In this document: one piece after another, positions 23,478 to 32,500 of the stretch
Position numbering within the stretch: the first letter of the stretch is position 1
How the letters are laid out: each line of letters begins with the position of its first letter
NCBI GenBank assembly: GCA_015069365.1
Contig: SVIT01000002.1
Location: 1,235 to 65,234, forward strand
Direction: 5' to 3'
DNA: 64,000 bases
Origin: Clostridiales bacterium
GTDB taxonomy: Bacteria > Bacillota > Clostridia > Christensenellales > Borkfalkiaceae
The notes under the pieces: model-generated
Seen by the model: the letters and a program-made list of their open reading frames with translations, nothing else
What the model was told of the DNA's origin: nothing
Databases searched by the model: none
Program-made: the position numbers and the translations under genes

Positions 23478-25145
23478 ATGGAACTAGTGCAAAGCCTAAT
23501 TTGGCTGTTGGCAGGCGTAGGGGTGTTCATCGTTGGTATGAACTTTATGAGCGCCGCTTTGGAGAAGAGTGCCGGGGCAGGCATGAAGAAATTGCTCGGC
23601 AAAATCAGTAACAACCGTTTTTCGGGCGTAGCGATCGGTGCGGGGGTTACGGCGATTATTCAAAGCTCGTCCGCGACTTCGGTCATGGTAATCGGTCTCG
23701 TAAACGCTGGGGTTATGACCTTAACGCAGGCGATTCCAATCGTCATGGGCGCGAAGATCGGTACGACGATCACGGGTATTCTCGTTTCGCTGAAAAACGA
23801 TTATTTCAACATGGTCATGTATTTCCTTGCATTCGCAGGGGTCATGATGGGATTTTTCAAGAAAGAGAAGATAAAAACTTTCGGTAGTCTGTTCTGCGGC
23901 TTGGGGCTGATTTTCGTCGGCTTGGAAGTAATGGGCAGTGAACAAGCATTCGGCAGTCCCTTAGTAGAAGAAATGTTCATAGGGATATTTGAAAAGATTG
24001 AATTCCCCTTGTTGTTGGTCTTTATCGGTATCGTGTTTACCGCGCTTATCCAAAGCTCGTCTGCGGCGACTGGTGTTGTTATTACCATGGTCGGCGGTGG
24101 GGTTTTGCCCTTGGATTTGGCGTTGTTCATTATTATCGGCGCAAACCTCGGTACTTGTGTTACGGCGCTGTTGGCGTCGTTGGGCGCAAACGTGAATGCA
24201 AAGAGAGTTGTATTCAGTTATTTTACCGTCAATACCATCGGTGTTGTGATGTTTACAGCCCTTATTTGGATATTCCGCGGACCTGTCGTTGACGCCTTGG
24301 TGTCCGTATTCCCTCACAGTGACCCTATGTCCTTGCAAATGCGCGTATCTTTATTCCACGTTATCTTCAACGTAACCACAACGGCGATGTTGTTGCCGTT
24401 TGTAAAACATCTTGTAAAATTATCGCAGATGGTTATTAAGGACAAGGCGAAAGATGAGGAAGAAAACCGCCTTGCGTTGAAATTTGTCGACGATAGATTG
24501 TTGACCACCCCTGCAGTTGCTTTGATGCAGGTTAAAAAGGAAATGGATTATATGCTTTCCTTGGTAGAAGAGAATATGTCTGATTCGTTCAATGCAATTA
24601 AAGGCGATGCGGCAACGTACGGCGATACCATTATTGAAAAGGAAAAAGTAATCAACTTCACCAACAATGCGTTGACCAAGTTCTTGATCAAGCTTTCCGC
24701 GGTCGTAGAAGTCAGCGACGAAAAGAAGATCGGTGCGTATTTCCACGTATTGAACGACTTAGAGCGTATCGGCGACCATGCGGAGAACTTCTACGAAATC
24801 GGTGAGGAAATGCAGGCAAAGAGCCTTACATTCTCTGACGTGGCAAAGGAAGAGCTCGCGCAGATGTACGGTAAAGTTATGGACATGTTTGCGATTTCCA
24901 AGACGACGTTTGAAAGTTTGAAGAAGAATGAACTGCCTCGCTTGACTGAGTTGGAAAACGAAGTCGACGGCATGAAGAAAGAATTGATTGCAGGGCACTT
25001 TGCACGTCTTGCGGAAGGGAATTGCCGCATGGAGCTCAGCCCGTACTATTCTTCGATGGTTGCTGGGTTAGAGCGTGTTGCGGACCACCTTATCAACGTA
25101 GGTTACAGTATCGTCAATCCGACGGGTTCTGAAACGCAAGCGTAA
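23478..25145 (+). CDS. Na+/phosphate cotransporter family protein (NptA/YjbB type) with PhoU-like C-terminal domain
   Basis: Duplicated transporter motifs (GVTAIIQSSSATSVMVIGL and FTALIQSSSAATGVVITMV) and a C-terminal pair of PhoU-like helices with ERIGDHAEN / ERVADHLIN. Confidence 0.85.
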   Translation: MELVQSLIWLLAGVGVFIVGMNFMSAALEKSAGAGMKKLLGKISNNRFSGVAIGAGVTAIIQSSSATSVMVIGLVNAGVMTLTQAIPIVMGAKIGTTITGILVSLKNDYFNMVMYFLAFAGVMMGFFKKEKIKTFGSLFCGLGLIFVGLEVMGSEQAFGSPLVEEMFIGIFEKIEFPLLLVFIGIVFTALIQSSSAATGVVITMVGGGVLPLDLALFIIIGANLGTCVTALLASLGANVNAKRVVFSYFTVNTIGVVMFTALIWIFRGPVVDALVSVFPHSDPMSLQMRVSLFHVIFNVTTTAMLLPFVKHLVKLSQMVIKDKAKDEEENRLALKFVDDRLLTTPAVALMQVKKEMDYMLSLVEENMSDSFNAIKGDAATYGDTIIEKEKVINFTNNALTKFLIKLSAVVEVSDEKKIGAYFHVLNDLERIGDHAENFYEIGEEMQAKSLTFSDVAKEELAQMYGKVMDMFAISKTTFESLKKNELPRLTELENEVDGMKKELIAGHFARLAEGNCRMELSPYYSSMVAGLERVADHLINVGYSIVNPTGSETQA

Positions 25146-25165
25146 TATAGCGATATAAAAAAATA

Positions 25166-25205
25166 AATCGAGCGTGTTTTTCGAATAGAAACCGCTCGAT
25201 TTTTT
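25166..25205 (+). terminator. Rho-independent terminator of the Na/Pi transporter gene
   Basis: AATCGAGCG (25166-25174) pairs with CGCTCGATT (25193-25201). T-run at 25200-25205. Confidence 0.7.
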
Positions 25206-25212
25206 CATACTG
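25183..25212 (+). promoter_or_regulatory. Possible forespore (sigma-G/F type) promoter placed for a leaderless spoVAD mRNA
   Basis: GAATA (25183-25187), 18-nt spacer, CATACTG (25206-25212): 5/5 and 6/7 matches to GHATR-18-CATXHTA. The ATG at 25221 begins 8 nt after the -10 element, and there is no SD. Confidence 0.35.
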
Positions 25213-25220
25213 TTTACAAG

Positions 25221-26228
25221 ATGCAGACGATTTTTTTCAAGAATAAACCGAGAATGATAGCAACGGGGTCGATTGCGGGACCGAAAGAGTGCGAAGGGGT
25301 AGTCGGTAAATACGTCGACAAGACCCTGTTAGATGATATGTTTGGGGAGAGTACGTATGAAAAAGCCGAGTGTAAAATGCTGACTTACGCCATATCCAAG
25401 ACAATCGAAAATGCAGGTATGGACGAAAAGCAGGTCGATATGTTGATATCGGGCGATCTTCTCAATCAAATTATTTCTGCCTCTTTTGCGGCGCGGGATT
25501 TTGATTTTCCGTTTTTAGGGGTATACGGAGCGTGTTCGACCCTTGCGGAAAGTTACGCTTTGGCGGCGACTTTGGTGGATGGCGGATACGCGAAAAAAGT
25601 GGTTGCGGCAACGGGCAGCCATTTCTCCTCGGCAGAACGCCAGTATCGGTATCCCTTGGAACTGGGCAACACTCGTCCACCGCAAGCTCAGTGGACGGTG
25701 ACGGGGGCTGGAGGAGCGTTCATCGCAGACATGGGTAGCGTCAACGACGGTCAAAACTACCCTGCGATCACCTGCGCAACCATCGGAAAAGTGGTGGACT
25801 TTGGGGTTACGGACGTCAATAATATGGGGGCGGCAATGGCGCCTGCGGCGGCGGATACGATCCTCAATCACTTGCGTGATACAGGCAGGAAAGCCGATTA
25901 CTACGATTTGATTATCACGGGGGATTTGGGCGCGCTGGGTAGTAGAATATTAAAAGATTTGACGTGGGAAAAAGGGGTGGAGATCAGAGAAAATCACGTG
26001 GATTGCGGGGAAATTGTCTACAACGTAATAGAGGACGAGTTCCAAGGCGGCAGCGGCGCAGGTTGCAGCGCAGTGGTCTTTAATTCTTATATCTACGATA
26101 AATTAAGAAAGCGAGAGCTGAACAAAGTGTTGTTGTGCGCGACGGGTGCGCTCCTATCCACGGTATCCAGCGGGCAGGGGGAGAGTATCCCCTGCATCTG
26201 CCACGCCGTGGCAATAGAAAATAGCTAA
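25221..26228 (+). CDS. spoVAD: Stage V sporulation protein AD (thiolase-fold)
   Basis: TGSIAGPKE..., GDLLNQ, FLGVYGACST, SSHFSSAERQYRYPLE, MGAAMAPAAADT, ITGDLG and VLLCATGALLS are collinear with Bacillus SpoVAD. Confidence 0.9.
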   Translation: MQTIFFKNKPRMIATGSIAGPKECEGVVGKYVDKTLLDDMFGESTYEKAECKMLTYAISKTIENAGMDEKQVDMLISGDLLNQIISASFAARDFDFPFLGVYGACSTLAESYALAATLVDGGYAKKVVAATGSHFSSAERQYRYPLELGNTRPPQAQWTVTGAGGAFIADMGSVNDGQNYPAITCATIGKVVDFGVTDVNNMGAAMAPAAADTILNHLRDTGRKADYYDLIITGDLGALGSRILKDLTWEKGVEIRENHVDCGEIVYNVIEDEFQGGSGAGCSAVVFNSYIYDKLRKRELNKVLLCATGALLSTVSSGQGESIPCICHAVAIENS

Positions 26229-26246
26229 ACAGCATATAAGTAAAAG

Positions 26247-26272
26247 AACGCAGTGTGATAGCTGCGTTTTTT
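26247..26272 (+). terminator. Rho-independent terminator of spoVAD
   Basis: ACGCAG (26248-26253) pairs with CTGCGT (26262-26267). T6 follows. Confidence 0.7.
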
Positions 26273-26446
26273 ATTTGCAAACAGTGTGATTTTTTCTGGA
26301 CTTCCATAATATTTTATATTACGCGTGCGTAAGTGAATCGTGATTTAGGGGACAAGAATTAAAAAAAATCAACCAAGAACGGTCTACAATCGAATTTTCG
26401 AATTGTTTCTATTTGTTTTTTCCATAGATTTCAATATAGAAATTGA

Positions 26447-26476
26447 TTGACTTTTGTTAAAAAGCAATGATATAAT
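26447..26476 (+). promoter_or_regulatory. Sigma-A type promoter with extended -10 for the 2846-aa gene
   Basis: TTGACT at 26447-26452, 18-nt spacer, TGaTATAAT at 26468-26476. The leader is about 105 nt with TAGGAGG before ATG 26589. Confidence 0.7.
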
Positions 26477-26588
26477 ATGTAAAATTTGATAATAGCACGT
26501 AAAATCCCGTATTCTACCCGGTTTATAGCACGGGAAAAACGCAGAGATGTGCGTGAAATTATAAGAAAACATTTAGGAGGTAGCTTTT

Positions 26589-29500
26589 ATGAAAGCTAAG
26601 AAAGTTTCCAAAAACAAGAAACGGTTTCTTTCGCTGAGTATGGCTATGGTTGCAGCGCTGTCCTTTGGTTCCATTATGGCAGCTTGTAGTGATGATGAAG
26701 ATTCTTCGTCTGTACCTCAGTCATCGTCATCTGTCGAAGTAACTACGTATACGGTTTCGTTTAACGTAGGCGATACTTCTGTTTCGACTGAAACAGTAAA
26801 TAGCGGCGAAAAAGTGACCAAACCCACTGACCCGACGAAAGAAGGGGAAGTTTTTATTGGTTGGTATAAAGATCCTGCGTTTAAAAACCTTTACAACTTT
26901 GATGAAGCGGTAAAAGGTGATCTTGCGCTGTATGCAAGATTTGCAACGCCTAGCGCAACCGAATACAAGGCAACGTTGATTGTCGATGGTGAAACGGTTG
27001 GTGAAGCGAGCACGGTAGGCGGAGTATTCTACGAAGCCTTGCTTCCGAAGCCTACGAAAGAAGGCGCAACGTTTGCAGGTTGGTGGACGAGTGATTACGA
27101 AGACGCAACCAAGTTGACGGAAAAATATACGGGATTTGCAGTAGAAGAACCCGTTAAGTTGTATGCAGTATGGGAGAGTGACGCACCGCTTGTATCGGTA
27201 AATTCGAACGCTATCAACTGGACGATGGATGAAAATGCGCAAGTTTCTTTGAAAATTACGTGTGATGAAACGGAAGTTCTTACCAAAGTGGTAAACGGTA
27301 CTTCATATGAATATAACTTCAGCGCACAGCCCGCAGGCAACTATGTGGTTGAAGTTACGGTAGGCGGTGTAACAGGTAAAGCGTATTATCAAAATAAAGC
27401 GTTGGCAAAAGTAAGTGCGTTTAGTTATGATGGCACGACTTTGTCTTGGAAACCGGTACAAAATGTGACCAAATACCTTGTCAGCGTACAATGCGGTGAC
27501 GCAACCCATACGCACGTTGATGAAAAAGTAACAGAGCCCACGTATAATTTCGCTAACTGTGCGATGAAGACGGACGGTATCAAATTTACCGTAAAAGCAG
27601 TAGCGGAAGGATATTTGACGAGTGTTTCCGACGTATATACCGTTGTTAAGAATTTGGACGCGGTAAGCAACGTTGCTTACGACGCGGCGACGGCGAAACT
27701 TACTTGGGATGCAGTTGAAAACGCAACGAGCTATAAAGTTGTAGTAAACAACCAAGAATACACGGTAAATGAGAACGCGTTGGCGGTAGAAGGCCTTGAT
27801 ATGGGTGATTTGTCCGTATCAGTAATGCCCGTGGCATTTGGTTTCAATTCGCCCGAAGCAGTTACAGCAACGGTAGCTAAGAGTAATTTAGCTACCCCTA
27901 AAAACATTTCCTTAACAGGTACTGTATTATCGTGGGACGAAGTGACATCGGCGACTGGTTACGTTGTAAAGGTGAATGGTACAGAATATCAAGCATCCAC
28001 AAATTCCTTCGATTTGGCAACGGCAGGAGACAATGCTTCGTCGTATTATGAGGTTACGGTAAAGGCGGTCGGAGCAACGGCAGCTGTATCTTCGAAACCT
28101 TCCACAAAGATGACGATTGGTGTTGGGGTAGTTGCAGATACTCTTACATATAATAAGGGTAAAGTTGCTTGGGATCCTGTAATCAACGCAAAGAAATTTG
28201 AGGTACGTATAAACGAAAGTGCGCCCATAGAAGTGGCAGCGACCGAGACTTCCAAAGATGTTGCTTTGACGAAAAAAGGTACGAACAAAATCGAAGTGAG
28301 ATGTTATAACCAAGAGGACGTAGCGTCCGAATGGGTAAGCGTTGACGTAGAAATTTATGAAATTACCTTTAATTACGGCGTAGCAGGTAACACCAGGCCC
28401 GCAGAATACAAAGCGGCTGGCGATACCTTTACCATTCCCGATGATCCTGCAACCCCCGGTTATGATTTCCAGGGCTGGTTCAACGCGGCAACGAACGGTA
28501 GAGAATATACCTCTAACGAAGTAACATTTGATCCTGCAAACGGTACGGAAGTACATGCGGTTTGGAAGGCAAGAAAATACAACCTTACCTATATTGTTAA
28601 GGTTGGCGGTGAAGAATTGTCTAAAACGACGGTTGAGATCACCTATGACCAAGAATTTGACTTGCCCGTACCCGATGTTGAAGGCACGTTCGGCGGTTGG
28701 TGGACGGAATTAAACGGCCAAGGCACCCAGATTGCAGACAATATGGGTAAGAGTGTTGGCGGTTGGAAGTTCACGGAAGACCAAACGGTATATGCAAACA
28801 CGTCTGAAATTTTCGAATACGTAGAAGTTACGTCGGTAGCAACCGGTAAACCCGGTTGGTCGGTAAAAGCAGGCTCGGATATCGGTATGGTAACGGAAAT
28901 CAAGATTCCTGCAATGTACAACGGCTTGCCTGTTATCGGTATTGAACAAATGGGCTTTGCAAACTGCGGCCATTTGACCAAGATCGCTATGCCCGACACG
29001 ATGGAAACCATCTTCCTCGGCATGGACGGTCCTTACTATGGTACTGGTTCGGCATTGTATCATTGTACAGCATTGCAAGAAATGGAAGTATACGAAGTAG
29101 AAGGCAACCACCAGAGATTCTATAAATCTGTCGACGGTGCGCTTCTTCGTATGACCGATTATAATGGTGTAGAGCTTGTATACGTTCCTTACGGTTGGGT
29201 TCTTGACGAATACAGAGTTCCCGACGAAGTTACCACGATCGCGACCAACCTCTTCAGATATTACAAGACGTTGAAGAAGATCATCATTCCCAACACGGTA
29301 ACGAGAATTGACTCGGGTGCGTTCAATAGCTGTAAGATGGAAGAACTCGTATTCGAGGCAGGCGGTGACGACCCCCTGATCATCGGTGACGGCGCATTCA
29401 AATATTGCGATTTCAAGAGCCTTACTCTTCCTGCACGTATGGGTGCAATTGAAGATAAGTTAGGCTTGGGTAACGTCTTCCAGTTCTGTTCTTACCTCGA

Positions 29501-32500
29501 AAAAATCATAGTGGAAGACGGCAACGAAGCGTATACCTCTAAAGAAGGTTTCCTTTACAATGAGGCAGGCGATACGTTGTTGTACGCTCCTAGAGGCATG
29601 AGAGGGGAAGTTACCATTCCTGCAGGTACGGTAACGATCGGCGCAGAATCCTTCTCGGCATATTTGAACTCTACTACGGACTCTTGCGGAATGATCACCA
29701 AGATTATCATTCCCGTAGGTGTAGAAGAAATCGGCGCGAAAGCGTTCAAGGCCTGTGCTTCGCTTGCATCGGTTGAATTCCGCGGCGGCGAAAACGACGC
29801 GAAAATCAACATCGGCGAAGAAGCGTTCTACAGCACCATTTTGGCAGGTCTTACTCTTCCTGCAAACACGGGCAAGATTGCAGCGCGTGCATTCGGTAAC
29901 ATTAAGACGCTTGGTTCGGTAAGAATTGAAGCGGGCGAAGGTTTCGAAGTAGAAACGGGCGCATTCGGCGATACGAGCAACGTATACTATGTAACCTACG
30001 TTTACTTGGATAAGAACGTACGCGTATTCGACGTAAACGGCGCATTCGGTCCCACCAAGCTTTCCACGATCGAAATTCACTCTGATAACAACTATTTGGC
30101 AATGAAAGAGGGTGTTCTTTTCGATAAAGACATGACGCAAATCGTGTACTATCCCGCATCCAAGACGGGCAACTACACCATTCCTTCCACGATTGAAGTA
30201 ATCGGCGGTAACGTATTCAACGGCAAGAGCCTTGAAGAAGTTGAAATTCCGTTCACGGTAAAAGAAATCGGCGGCGCGGCGTTTGCGAACTGTTCCAGAT
30301 TGACGAAGGTTACCTTCTTGGCAGGCGAACAGGGCGCAGTACATCCTGGTTTGAAGATCAATGCACAAGCGTTCCAGAACTGTGAAAACTTGGTTGACTT
30401 CACGCTTCCTTCTTACACCACGGAAATCGGCAAGCAGGCGTTTGAATCCTGTTCTTCGATTGTTGGTGCAATCAACGTTCCTGAAGGCGTTACCACGATT
30501 GGCGACGCAGCATTCAGATACATGTCTGGTATCACGTCCATCTCCTTGCCTAAGACCTTGGAAACCATTGCTGTGGGTACGGATGCATCTAATGGAGTAG
30601 CTTCGTCGTACTATCCCGAATATTACAGAACGTTTATCGGTTGCGACGCGCTCACGGCAATCACCGTAGCAGACGGCAACGAAACGTTCGTAACCAAAGA
30701 CGGCATTCTTTATAAACATGAAGGCGGTGTGGTAAAAGAACTCATGACCTGTCCTTCGGGTTATGCAATCAACGAAGGTAAAGCGGTTATCCCCGGTACC
30801 GTTCGTAAGATTTGGGCGTATGCATTCTACAAGAACGCTGCTATGGCCGAGCTTTCGTTTGCAACACTTGTATTAGGTGAAAACGAAACGGTGGCTACCG
30901 TAAACATTGAAATCGGTAGATCCGCATTCGAAGAAGCAACGGCATTGGTAAGAGCAACGCTCGGCACGGGTGTAACGAAGATCAGTGACAGAATGTTCTA
31001 TAAGTGTTCTGCACTTGAATACGTATCCATCCCTAACACGGTATCTACGATCGAATACAGCTCGCCGTTTACCCAGTGTTATGCACTGAGAGAGATTCAC
31101 TTCGAAGAAGGCAACGAATCCAACGAGCTTATCATTAAGGGTAGCAACGGTCCCGATAACGCATATACGGGTTCCTCGGCATTCTATAGGCTGACGGCGT
31201 TGGAACGCATGGTCTTCCCTAAGAGAACGAAAGAAATCGGTAACATGGCGCTCGTAGACTGTACGAACCTTCAATACGTATACGTTCCCAACACCGTTAC
31301 GAAATTCGGTAACTGGTTATTCGGTTATGGTAACAACACGAAGTATACTACGGGTTGTCCTAACCTTACGACGGTAGAATTTGAAGAAGGTAACGACGAA
31401 GTGCCTCTTACCATCGGTAAGCGTGCATTTGAAGGCTCTGCTATCACGAACGTTACCCTTCCTGCAAGAACTAAGCAGATTCTCGAATATGCATTTGCAG
31501 GCAGTAAGATTACGTCGATCAGCATTCCCGAGGGAGTGGAATCGATCGGTAACTATGCATTCCAGTACTGTGAAAACTTGACGGAAGTCACCTTGCAAGG
31601 TACGAGTAAGATCAAGACGATCGGTCAGTATGCATTCGCGTCCTGTCCTATCAAGACGTTTACAGTTCCTGCAACGGTAGAAACCATTGATACGTATGCG
31701 TTTGCATATACCGAAGAAATGGAAACCATCAAGTTTGCAGAAGGCAGTGCATTAAAGGAAATCAAAGATTATGCATTCCGTCAGTCGGGCATCTCCAAGT
31801 TGGAATTGCCTGAAAGCACGAACACCATCAAGTTGGGCTTGGATTTGTTCCAGTATTGTCCTAATCTTGAAGAAGTTTACGTATCCTCGACGGTAGCAAC
31901 GATCGGCGATACGTTCGGTCACTGCGGTGCATTGAAGCGCGTAATTGTTTCTCCTAACAACGTGAACTTCAAGGTAGAAGGTAACGCGTTGTACAATGCA
32001 AACGGCACGGCTATCCAGTATCTCTTCGCATCGGCTCCTGTCGACGGTGAAGGCGTATACCGTATCCCTGACAACGTTACGGAAATCGGCGAGGCGGCAT
32101 TCAGAGGCCAAATCAACATCAAGAAACTTATTATCCCTGCATCTGTTGTGAAGATCGGTAAATCGGCGTTCCGTTATTGCGTGAACCTTGAAGAGATTGA
32201 ATTCGACTTGGCAAATTCGCAGCTTACGGAAATTGCAGAATCTGCATTCGAAGGTTGTGAAAAACTTAAGAGCGTAAACCTTCCCGTATCCGTGAAGACG
32301 CTTGGTAAGTATGCATTTAACGGCTGTACGTCTCTTACAGAAGCGAACATCAGCGGTGTAACAACGCTTAGCGGTTATACGTTCATGAATTGTACTGCGC
32401 TTAAGAATATCGACTTGTCGTCGGTAACGAAGACTGGTCAGCAAGACTTCTCTTACTCTGGTTTGACTAGCGCAACGATTCCTGCAGGCATGACGATGGG

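Noticed and set aside
23375-23611. 78-aa ORF overlapping the start of the Na/Pi transporter gene, and the 60-aa ORF 4736..4918.
   Set aside because: The first spans the promoter -10 and leader, and is out of frame with the real gene. The second lacks an SD and runs through a terminator hairpin.
26281-26588. Search for inverted repeats flanking the promoters of the giant surface genes (phase-variable invertons), also at 35205..35582 and 46447..46637.
   Set aside because: I found only short AT-rich palindromes (for example TAATAT-TTT-ATATTA at 26309-26323). No matched inverted-repeat pair brackets a promoter, and no recombinase gene is in the window.
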